Below are positions 39,636 to 47,839 of a stretch of 64,000 nt of DNA, piece after piece; position 1 is the stretch's first letter, and each line of letters opens with the position of its first letter. The position numbers and the translations under genes were made by a program. The stretch spans positions 96,001 to 160,000 of the forward strand of contig CAWCBP010000006.1 of the NCBI GenBank assembly GCA_963793865.1, given 5' to 3'. The stretch is from an uncultured delta proteobacterium. GTDB lineage: Bacteria > Desulfobacterota > WTBG01. Under the pieces are notes generated by a model. The model made no database searches. It saw nothing but the letters and a program-made list of their open reading frames with translations, and was not told where the DNA came from.

Positions 39636-40448
39636 ATGAGAAGCACGAAAAAATGGTTGGGATTGTTCGTCATCACCTGTGCCATCGCGCTGTATTCCGG
39701 TCTGTTTGCAGCCCAGGAAGCGCCGGCGCCCAAGACAGAACCCGCCGCACCGGCAGAGGCGAAAAGCATCGATGCCACCGCAGCGTATGAAAGCACTCAT
39801 CCGGCAATAGAGCCGGGCCTTGCCTGCAATGACTGTCATGAGATTAAGCTCGATGCGAATACCACCGCCACCCAGCTGTGGCTTTCGGGAGAATGGGGTG
39901 CAAAAAAAGCGGGTGAAGGAATTATGTCCAAGGAGCAGGTGTGGCAGGAAATCGTAAAAATTATCGGCGGCATCAAGATGGACTCCAAGACCTATGTGCT
40001 CGGCACCAGCGTGAATAATGTGCCCCTTACCACCACCGCTGAATTCACCCTCGACCCCGAAAAGAAGGTGCTCTACGGCTTTCACGAGCAGGGAACCGAA
40101 AAGCTTGTGCACATCAGGAACAACCCCCAGGTAAGCCTCAACTTCCATGAAGAGTTTACGGGCTTCGCCGGAAACTATCTCTGCTGCCAGATACGGGGAC
40201 GCGCGGAGCTGCTGGACGGGAGCAGTCCCGAGTTTGAGCAGGTCATGATACGTTTTCTTCCGTACGAGGAAGGCGCCCGTGTTCCCAAAGACGCGACTCC
40301 GCAGCAGCGGGAAGAACATCTGGCAAAATGGAGACAGGGGGTAAAGAACAGTTTCTATATCAGCAAAATAACCATCGATCGCGTGACCATCATCTCCCGT
40401 GATTTTGCAAAGCAGGGCTTGAGAATGGCGCAGCGCTGGGAGCGGTAA
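39636..40448 (+). CDS. secreted monoheme cytochrome c fused to a PNPOx-like split-barrel domain (paralog 2)
   Basis: Signal peptide, HP......CNDCHEI.LDA.TTATQ.WL, NNVPLTTTAEFTLD, KLVHIRNNPQVS. Confidence 0.8.
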   Translation: MRSTKKWLGLFVITCAIALYSGLFAAQEAPAPKTEPAAPAEAKSIDATAAYESTHPAIEPGLACNDCHEIKLDANTTATQLWLSGEWGAKKAGEGIMSKEQVWQEIVKIIGGIKMDSKTYVLGTSVNNVPLTTTAEFTLDPEKKVLYGFHEQGTEKLVHIRNNPQVSLNFHEEFTGFAGNYLCCQIRGRAELLDGSSPEFEQVMIRFLPYEEGARVPKDATPQQREEHLAKWRQGVKNSFYISKITIDRVTIISRDFAKQGLRMAQRWER

Positions 40449-40450
40449 CC

Positions 40451-41254
40451 ATGAAGGCAGTTGTCATAACCGGCAGCACCAAGGGGATCGGGCTGGGGCT
40501 GGCGCGGGAGTTTTTGAAACGGGACTGTTCCGTCGTCATCAGTTCGCGAAGCAGGCCAAAGCTTGAGCAGGTCGTAGCGGAATTGCGCAAGGAGTTCGGG
40601 GCTGACCGTGTTGCGGGGCAGCCCTGCGACGTTACCGATAGCGGCCAGGTGCAGGCGCTCTGGGACGCGGCGGTAAAGAGCTATGGCAGGGTTGACGTCT
40701 GGATCAACAATGCCGGCATTGCCAACACCATGCTGAGCCTTCTGGAATTGGACCTGGCCGAAGTTGCCCCTGTCATCGACACCAACGTAACCGGCCTGAT
40801 ATACGGCTCAATGATCGCCCTGAGAGGAATGGTAAAACAGGGCGGCGGCCAGATTTATAATGTGTATGGCCATGGGTTCAATGATAATAAAGTATCCGGC
40901 CTGCACGTTTATGGCACCACCAAGCGGGCGGTACGGTATTTCAGCGAAGCCCTCATTCAAGACGCGGAGGGAACGCCGGTGCAGGCGGGGATCATCGGCC
41001 CGGGCATTGTGGTCACGGATTTCCTCATTGACGATATGCGCAAAATGACCCCCGAGCAGCTTGAAATGGTGAAACCGATTTACAACTGCATGGCCGATAC
41101 GGTTGAGACAGTCACGCCGTTTTTAGTTGAAGGGATTCTTAAGAATGACAAAAACGGCAGCGAGATCCACTGGCTGACTGAGGAGAAGATAAACGAGCGC
41201 ATGAACTCTGATGAGTACTGCAGCAGGGACTTGTTCAGCCGCTACGGGCTTTGA
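40451..41254 (+). CDS. classical SDR oxidoreductase
   Basis: ITGSTKGIG, WINNAG, YGTTK. Confidence 0.92.
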   Translation: MKAVVITGSTKGIGLGLAREFLKRDCSVVISSRSRPKLEQVVAELRKEFGADRVAGQPCDVTDSGQVQALWDAAVKSYGRVDVWINNAGIANTMLSLLELDLAEVAPVIDTNVTGLIYGSMIALRGMVKQGGGQIYNVYGHGFNDNKVSGLHVYGTTKRAVRYFSEALIQDAEGTPVQAGIIGPGIVVTDFLIDDMRKMTPEQLEMVKPIYNCMADTVETVTPFLVEGILKNDKNGSEIHWLTEEKINERMNSDEYCSRDLFSRYGL

Positions 41255-41442
41255 TGTAATCAGCCTCTGTGGACGCCGAGGTCAAAATCGACACAACGTC
41301 CAGCGGCCAGCGATAAAAAGTACTGAAAGGCACTTAGAAGGTTTTCTGAGTGCTTTTTCTTTCTTGGACATGAGTTGGTAGATATTTTAGTAGCATCTTG
41401 CCCTTTGCAGTGAGGAAGTCTCAAAATTTTGAAGACCGGATA

Positions 41443-41491
41443 TTGACTTATTATATATTGTATGTTATTTAAAGTGCGTTGGATATCCAAC
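41443..41491 (+). promoter_or_regulatory. sigma70-type promoter and probable MarR operator
   Basis: TTGACT-17 bp-TATTTA with TGn extension; perfect 14-bp palindrome GTTGGATATCCAAC at 41478-41491. Confidence 0.7.
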
Positions 41492-41510
41492 TGACATCCG
41501 GGGTGTGATA

Positions 41511-42026
41511 ATGGATTATAGAAATTTCGATGAAAATGAATCGTTGGCTATGCTTCTGGACAGATCGACCAGGGACCTGGGAATCAGTCTGCAAAGGATT
41601 TTTAAAAATAATGGCTTTGATATAACCGTTGAACAGTGGATGATTCTCTTGCTGCTCTGGAAGAAAAACGGCCGGACCCAGCAGGAAATTGCCAATATAA
41701 TCGGGAAGGATAAAGGAACTATTTCCCCGCAGATTGATGGTTTGCAAAAACGCGAACTGATCATGCGCATGCAGGATCAAAATGACAAGCGGCACAATTT
41801 GATATGCCTGACCAGAAAGGGAAGAGATATGGAAGAAAAACTCGTCCCCCTGGGGTTTGCCAATATCGAGATTGCACAGTACGGGATCACCGAGGAGGAT
41901 ATGCAAATCTGCAAGGAGGTGCTGCGAAGAATATGCAGGAATTTGGAAGAGGGAAATGCAGTGTCTCTGGAACGGGGAATTCAGCGCATTAAGAGAGCCC
42001 GGGGAATCAGCCGGGTTGAACCATAA
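41511..42026 (+). CDS. MarR family transcriptional regulator
   Basis: ITVEQW.IL..LW...G.TQ.EIA, D..DKR...I.LT.KG. Confidence 0.92.
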   Translation: MDYRNFDENESLAMLLDRSTRDLGISLQRIFKNNGFDITVEQWMILLLLWKKNGRTQQEIANIIGKDKGTISPQIDGLQKRELIMRMQDQNDKRHNLICLTRKGRDMEEKLVPLGFANIEIAQYGITEEDMQICKEVLRRICRNLEEGNAVSLERGIQRIKRARGISRVEP

Positions 42027-42280
42027 ATGAATTGTATGCAATGAAATTTTATAATTATACAGCTTTTAATGTAGTGTCTCAGGTTGCAAAAAAGCTCTTT
42101 ATCAAAGAGAACATATTATGAGCTCTTCATTAAGAAACGCAGGAGGAGGTGAAATTAAAAAATCATTAATTAACATGACTACTTTGTTTTGTAATCTCAC
42201 GGGAATGCTTGTAATACTGATTTATAGTATCTAGACTTTCAGTGATTGATTCATAACAAACAACAAGGAGGAGGAGAAAA

Positions 42281-44698
42281 ATGAAAAAACTAATTCTACT
42301 GTTGCTCGCTGTCTTTTCAACCATCTGCTTCGGTTCAATGCCTGTCATGAGTCTTGAGATATCGGATGTGACCGTAACCGCAGATCCTTCGATTGCGGTA
42401 AAATTTACCCGCCACACCATAACCGGTATCAGTACACCCGTGCCGGTTGTCCCCGACGTTCCCGGTTTTATCGGCGCTTCATACATCACCATCGGGGACA
42501 TCGATGGTGATTCTGTGAAGGAAGTTATCTGTACTTCAGGGGTAGGGCTTGACGGCGACGGCATGACTGATGGAGACGGGGCAGTTGCCGTGTTTACATG
42601 GGATGGCAGTGATATCGACACCTGGACGCAATCCATCATTAACTCCACCTTCTCCTTTCCTAATGAGACACTGCTTCGTGACATGGATGGGGATGGTGAC
42701 CTTGACATCATGGTTATGGACAACTTTATTGCCGGCTGGTGGACCTGCGGTCTTGCGGGTATTTACTATCTGGAAAACCAGGGCGGAGATATTACCCTTC
42801 CTTCCAACTGGGTAAAGCAGACCATTTTCCAGGGAGTTATTGACGGTACATGCCCCTGCAGTCCAACCGGGGGAGGAACCTGTTCAAACGGTCTTGACAG
42901 CTACCACCGGGCAATATTTCTTGATGTTGACGGCGACGGGCTGCAGGACTTTGTGACTGCCCGGGTCCACATGTGGTTTTGGCAGTGGACTACCAATCAG
43001 TATGTGTGGACGGAATGGTTTGAAAAAGAGGGCGACGTTCCTCCCGGCGATCCCAGTTATGATCCGACTGCCTATACCCGCCACGAGATTGGCGATGGCT
43101 CCGGGTTTCTTTTCAATATGACGGATGTTGACGGGGATGGGGACCAGGATGTGTTGGGACCGCAGTTTTTCATTCAAAATTCCGGAACCCTGGTGGTCAA
43201 GGGTGCGCCTGATGGCAGTAACCCGAGGGGTGACTCTTTTGTGTGGTTTGAAAACCCCGGGACGGGTGGCGATGTTTTTAGTGAATGGCCTCGCTATACC
43301 ATCGATAACTGGTACACCTCTCCCAATGCCATGGGTAAGGGCATGGATGTTGTCACGGCAGATATAGACAACGATACTGAGCAGGAATTGATTTTCAGCA
43401 ATCACAACCATCAAAATTACAAGCCTGACAATACCTTTCAAGCGCGTATCTGGCCATCCGGCATCTATCTTCTGGAGATTCCGTCGGATCCTACCGTTAC
43501 AGCAAACTGGTCCCCTGTGACCATTGATTCCGGCGATCCCGATCTTAACCCTTATAATGTACCGGCCGTAGCTGCTGATCCTTATGCCGTGGACCGTCCC
43601 GGAGGACCCTATAGTCAGGGTTCACCGGGTATGGGAAAGGCGGGCCATATCAATAGCGATGGCTATCCGGAACTGGTGGTTCCCGGTGACGGGAAAGGAA
43701 CCGTTTACTACTACCAGAGTGAAGGTGTAGCCGGTACCACCTTGCGTTTCAAAAGAGCCGCTCTCTATGTCGATCCCGCCTGCATGCCCGGTGAGGCGAA
43801 GTTTGATGATATAGACCAGGACGGCTATATGGACATCATCGCGGTCATATTTGATACCAGCGTGAACAAGGCCACGCCCGCGAAAGCCGGTTCGATTTTT
43901 ATCTTCAGGCAGAACCTGGATGTGGATGGAGACGGCATCTGCAATCCCGGCGACAGTGATCCGGCTTGCACCGGTTCAGACAACTGCCCGCTGGTCGCCA
44001 ATCCCGGGCAGGAAGATGCGGGAGACGGTGACGGTGTCGGCGATGCCTGTGACAATTGTCCCGTCGTCGCCAATCCCGACCAGGCGGACAATGACAGGGA
44101 CGGAACGGGTGATGTCTGTGACGCCGATGATGATAATGACGGGATAAACGATGTGAGTGACAACTGCCCGCTGGTTGCAAATGCAGGTCAGGAAGATGGA
44201 GATTCCGATGGGAAAGGGAATGTGTGCGATAACTGCCCTGCCGTGGCTAATGCTGACCAGGCGGACGCTGATGCGGACGCGGTAGGCGATGTCTGCGACA
44301 GCTGCCCCGATTTTGGCAATACCATCACACAGCAGGACACTGACGCAGATGGATTGGGCAATCTCTGTGACAACTGTTCCACCGTCGTGAATCCCGGGCA
44401 GGAAGACACCTATCCTCCAGCTGGAAATAACTGTGGCAACGCCTGCGAATGCGAGGGTGACTTCGATAATGATAGTGATCAGGATGGTACTGATGCATCA
44501 ACCTTCAAGCAGGATTTCGGCAGAAGTAAAATCAGCGGCAGTCCTTGTACCAGTGCAGTACCCTGCAATGGTGACTTTGAATGTGATGCTGATGTAGACG
44601 GAACGAATGCGTCAGCGTTCAAGACAGATTTTGGCAGAAGCAAAATTAGCGGCAACCCCTGTCCCATTTGTCCAGCAAATCCGTGGTGCAACTATTAA
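42281..44698 (+). CDS. secreted FG-GAP/VCBS-repeat protein with thrombospondin type-3 repeats and a dockerin-like C-terminus
   Basis: Signal peptide; several DxDGDGxxD blades; about seven DNCP..ANP.Q.D.D.DG.GD.C units; two GDF..D.D.DG..A..FK.DFGR repeats. Confidence 0.88.
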   Translation: MKKLILLLLAVFSTICFGSMPVMSLEISDVTVTADPSIAVKFTRHTITGISTPVPVVPDVPGFIGASYITIGDIDGDSVKEVICTSGVGLDGDGMTDGDGAVAVFTWDGSDIDTWTQSIINSTFSFPNETLLRDMDGDGDLDIMVMDNFIAGWWTCGLAGIYYLENQGGDITLPSNWVKQTIFQGVIDGTCPCSPTGGGTCSNGLDSYHRAIFLDVDGDGLQDFVTARVHMWFWQWTTNQYVWTEWFEKEGDVPPGDPSYDPTAYTRHEIGDGSGFLFNMTDVDGDGDQDVLGPQFFIQNSGTLVVKGAPDGSNPRGDSFVWFENPGTGGDVFSEWPRYTIDNWYTSPNAMGKGMDVVTADIDNDTEQELIFSNHNHQNYKPDNTFQARIWPSGIYLLEIPSDPTVTANWSPVTIDSGDPDLNPYNVPAVAADPYAVDRPGGPYSQGSPGMGKAGHINSDGYPELVVPGDGKGTVYYYQSEGVAGTTLRFKRAALYVDPACMPGEAKFDDIDQDGYMDIIAVIFDTSVNKATPAKAGSIFIFRQNLDVDGDGICNPGDSDPACTGSDNCPLVANPGQEDAGDGDGVGDACDNCPVVANPDQADNDRDGTGDVCDADDDNDGINDVSDNCPLVANAGQEDGDSDGKGNVCDNCPAVANADQADADADAVGDVCDSCPDFGNTITQQDTDADGLGNLCDNCSTVVNPGQEDTYPPAGNNCGNACECEGDFDNDSDQDGTDASTFKQDFGRSKISGSPCTSAVPCNGDFECDADVDGTNASAFKTDFGRSKISGNPCPICPANPWCNY

Positions 44699-44736
44699 TG
44701 CCATACGCAAGGTCTTTGTGGCGTTGAGAAAATGAA

Positions 44737-44788
44737 ACGGCGAAGCGCTCCTGCTTCACGGCGTGAAGCAGGAGGCTGCTTCGCCATT
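44737..44788. terminator. long hairpin downstream of the secreted protein gene
   Basis: GGCGAAGCGCTCCTGCTTCACG/CGTGAAGCAGGAGGCTGCTTCGCC. Confidence 0.6.
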
Positions 44789-44825
44789 GTTTATCACGGG
44801 TGCTTTTTTCAAAGGAGAGGCGATC

Positions 44826-45527
44826 ATGGGTGAAAAGGATTTTTTGGCACAGATCAGAAAGAACCTGGGGCAGATGGCGCTGAAAGAAGTAGCCATTGAC
44901 GAGTCGATGAAGAAAATTGAGGCTGAAGGGGGCGCCATAGACCTTTCTCTCCTTAAGGTTGAAAAAATAGAGAAACTTACTTTATCCACCATTACACTGC
45001 ATGAAGCATCAGTTTCTGAGGCGTCCATCCTGGCATGGCCTGAAGACGGCTACAACCTGCCACTCTTCTGGTGCAACCTCACCCGGATGCCGGGAATGAA
45101 CATCTTTATTAATGATTTTACTCCGCTCACGGATATTGTGATGTATCCCCAGTATGGAGAACGATATCTCGATGATCTCATGTCGGCAAAAAGCACTGCC
45201 GCGGAAACCCTTAAAGAAGGAATGGTGGATAAATCCTTTACCCTGTCTACCAAAACCGTTTGGGCACTTTCTCCCCACTATACCGTTTTCTCCCTGACGG
45301 ATGAGATGATACCCAAGCTCGGTCCAGTAATTGAAGAGTATTGCAAGCTCTACATTAAGCTGTGGGAGGAAGCAGTCAGGATTGAGAATAGCGAGGAGCG
45401 GCAATTCTCCCAAAAGAAAAAAGCGGCAGTCCGTAAAATGATGAAGGAAAATGATCCCGGATATTACTTCATGGTGAATATTTTCGGCCAGGACATGACC
45501 ACCAAAGTGTTTGACTTTATCTTTTAG
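44826..45527 (+). CDS. ferredoxin-dependent bilin reductase / RCC reductase-like protein
   Basis: WPEDGYNLPLFWCNL, NDFTPL.D....YGERYLD, ALSP, C-terminal ENDPG....NIFG......DFIF resemble PebA/PebB/PcyA/RCCR patterns; AAGGAG RBS. Confidence 0.65.
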   Translation: MGEKDFLAQIRKNLGQMALKEVAIDESMKKIEAEGGAIDLSLLKVEKIEKLTLSTITLHEASVSEASILAWPEDGYNLPLFWCNLTRMPGMNIFINDFTPLTDIVMYPQYGERYLDDLMSAKSTAAETLKEGMVDKSFTLSTKTVWALSPHYTVFSLTDEMIPKLGPVIEEYCKLYIKLWEEAVRIENSEERQFSQKKKAAVRKMMKENDPGYYFMVNIFGQDMTTKVFDFIF

Positions 45528-45650
45528 GCTCTTACGCACATCTGTCTAAGAACTTAAATCCCAGAAATTTTGACATCCGGTAGGAGCGGCTTTGAGCCGC
45601 GATAGCATGGAACATGATTTCGCTCCTACCAAAATTGCTAATATCTCTGG
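45528..45650 (+). repeat. dispersed repeat with GTAG REP doublet core
   Basis: CTTACGC...CCGGTAGGAGCGGCTTTGAGCCGCG...CGCTCCTACC. Confidence 0.75.
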
Positions 45651-45685
45651 ATTGCCTTTACCATGTGACGCGGAGAGATGTTGTG

Positions 45686-46441
45686 ATGGTGAAAACCAAT
45701 CTTCCTTATCCCAAGGATGAATACGTCAATCTGCTTAAGGATTTTTATGCCGGGATTAATGGCGACGACTCCTTTGATCAGGTCAGGGAGTGGCAGGCCG
45801 ATAAGTGGTCAGCAACGGTCCACTGCTCCCGGGGAAAGATACTGGAAAAAGCGGGTTTCTCCCGTATGCACCTTGTCGGCGGGATGGTCAATGACAGTCC
45901 CGCTGACCTAAGCCTCTTTGAGACACTTGTCTATCCTGCCAATCCGAAGGTGCCGGGATTCATCATCATGACCAATATGAATGCCTCGGAAGCCATGGGT
46001 CCCATCCTGGTGCTCTACCTTGATCTCATTGTGCAGGACGGTAAGCCCCACGAGCGGGAAAAGAAACTGTTTGCAGATGCCGTGAAAAGCATCTGTGAAA
46101 AACACGGGCAAGATGCTGAAGAGTATAAAGCAATGATGGCCGGTGGAAGACTGCTCGGCGGCAATGCGGCGCAATGCGGCTTGCTCAACTTTTTTGAGGA
46201 AAAGGATATTCCGCTCCTTGAAGGTCTGATTAAAGGGATACTGCCGGCCTATAAAACTATTGTTGAGAATACAAACGGTGCACAACCCCAAAAAGAAGAC
46301 TATGAGATGATGAACAAATCCCGGGCACGTATGATTGAGTGGATCATACTCGAGGACTACGGCACCAAGGTGGCCCGGGAAAACGGCATAGCATCCGAGG
46401 CTATTGAAGCCTACGGTTTCCCGCCGGTGATACGCTACTAA
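45686..46441 (+). CDS. divergent coproporphyrinogen III oxidase (HemF)-fold protein
   Basis: GKILEKAG, LVYPANPKVP and RARMIEWIILEDYGT...PPVIRY align by eye with HemF EKAG, HP.NP.VP and RRGRYVEFNL..DRGT...PP..RW; catalytic-region residues are changed. Confidence 0.65.
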   Translation: MVKTNLPYPKDEYVNLLKDFYAGINGDDSFDQVREWQADKWSATVHCSRGKILEKAGFSRMHLVGGMVNDSPADLSLFETLVYPANPKVPGFIIMTNMNASEAMGPILVLYLDLIVQDGKPHEREKKLFADAVKSICEKHGQDAEEYKAMMAGGRLLGGNAAQCGLLNFFEEKDIPLLEGLIKGILPAYKTIVENTNGAQPQKEDYEMMNKSRARMIEWIILEDYGTKVARENGIASEAIEAYGFPPVIRY

Positions 46442-46458
46442 TCCGGGCTATGATAGCT

Positions 46459-46580
46459 TCTTACAGGCTCAAATCTGAGAAATTTTGTCTCAGAAACATT
46501 GATGACCGGTAGGAGTGGCTTTCAGCCGCGAATGTATCGCGCATGAATGCGCTCCTACCGAAATTTCAAATATATTTTGC
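46459..46580 (+). repeat. dispersed repeat with GTAG REP doublet core
   Basis: CTTAC...CTCAGAAACATTGATGACCGGTAGGAGTGGCTTTCAGCCGCG...GCGCTCCTACCGAAATTTCAAA. Confidence 0.82.
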
Positions 46581-46603
46581 CAGAATGAAGCAATGGAGCC
46601 CAC

Positions 46604-47455
46604 ATGCAACTCCATGACCTGAAGTCGCTTATCGTCTATTCTTCGCCTGCAGGCACCACCCGGCATGTAGCCTTGGTTATAGCAGCTGCACTCAAGGCAA
46701 TAGGATCAGATGCGACTTTGTTAGATCTGGGAAAAAGAGAGGACTCTTCTAAGGTGGACGGGTACATTGGAGATCTGGAAAGCAACTGCTGTTTCTGGAT
46801 TGGAACGCCTGTCTATGCGGGGCATGCAGTTCCTTCCATCAGCAGTTTTCTTGACCGCCTTCCTGAAAGCACGGGAAGCTATGCAGTGCCCTTTGTTACC
46901 TGGGGGGCGGTTACAAGCGGTGTAGCCCTCTACGAAATGGGAAAGACGCTTCAAGAAAAAGGTTACATCCTATTGGGCGCGGCTAAAATAGGAGCTGTTC
47001 ATTCCATGATGTGGCAATCCAATATCCCCCTGGGTGTCGGCCATCCTGATGCCCAGGATGACCGTATGATTGAAGGACTTGTTGCAGCAGTTGACGCTAA
47101 ATTGCGTGGCGGAGTTGCTCCATCACTGCCTCTGGAAAAATTGAATTACCAGCCCATGGAAGTTCAGAAATGGCTGCAAAATGTGAACATTGAGTCGGCA
47201 AAAAAGATGCTTCCTTCGCTTAAGCTGATTGAAGAGAAGTGCACCCGGTGTGCGATCTGTGAGCAAGAATGTCCTGCCGCTGCTATCACGCTGGATCCAT
47301 ACCCCCGTTTTGGAAGCTCCTGTTTCCTGTGTTACAATTGCTACCGTTTATGTGAAGAGGGCGCCATTGCCTGTGACCTGTCCCCCATAGAAAATATGCT
47401 TAAAGGGAAGGCAGCCCAAAACCCGGAACGCCCGCTGACACAGGTGTTTGTCTGA
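46604..47455 (+). CDS. EFR1-family flavodoxin-ferredoxin fusion
   Basis: YSSPAGTT, GTPVY, GHPD..D, CTRCAICEQECP, CFLCYNCYRLC. Confidence 0.9.
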   Translation: MQLHDLKSLIVYSSPAGTTRHVALVIAAALKAIGSDATLLDLGKREDSSKVDGYIGDLESNCCFWIGTPVYAGHAVPSISSFLDRLPESTGSYAVPFVTWGAVTSGVALYEMGKTLQEKGYILLGAAKIGAVHSMMWQSNIPLGVGHPDAQDDRMIEGLVAAVDAKLRGGVAPSLPLEKLNYQPMEVQKWLQNVNIESAKKMLPSLKLIEEKCTRCAICEQECPAAAITLDPYPRFGSSCFLCYNCYRLCEEGAIACDLSPIENMLKGKAAQNPERPLTQVFV

Positions 47456-47483
47456 AGGGCTGCAGTTTTACCTGCGGTTAGGT

Positions 47484-47602
47484 CCTTACCACAAAAATCT
47501 TAAATTTCCCTCGCAGCTATGTGGATGACCGGTAGGAGCGGCTTTCAGCCGCGAATGCATCGCGCCTGACGGCGCTCCTACCGAGATTATAAATATATTT
47601 GG
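47484..47602 (+). repeat. dispersed repeat with GTAG REP doublet core
   Basis: CTTAC...GATGACCGGTAGGAGCGGCTTTCAGCCGCG...GGCGCTCCTACCG. Confidence 0.82.
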
Positions 47603-47839
47603 CCATTCTTTCCTCCGCCTGAATTTCATCCAAGCATAGTTCCAACCATCCACGTCTTATAATTCTAAAACATCTTCCAAATCATTAAAATGCTTTGCAG
47701 GAAATAATATTGTGCTCTATTATGCTATAATTTCACGCGTGTATTAATGTGAAGGATTATTTTCTAATATTTATAAAGTTTAATTGCCGGCCTGCCGAAA
47801 TTAGATTCATTGACAGCAACCAAGATGGAGTAGATTGTT

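Noticed and set aside
45686..46441. Calling this gene hemF
   Set aside because: It is fold-like only: the H-x-N-x-R and RRGRY/DRGT residues are altered and the surrounding genes indicate an anaerobe.
45528..47602. Integron attC sites or a CRISPR array
   Set aside because: No RYYYAAC...GTTRRRY ends are visible, there is no intI or cas gene, and the repeats are separated by whole genes and have REP-type GTAG cores.
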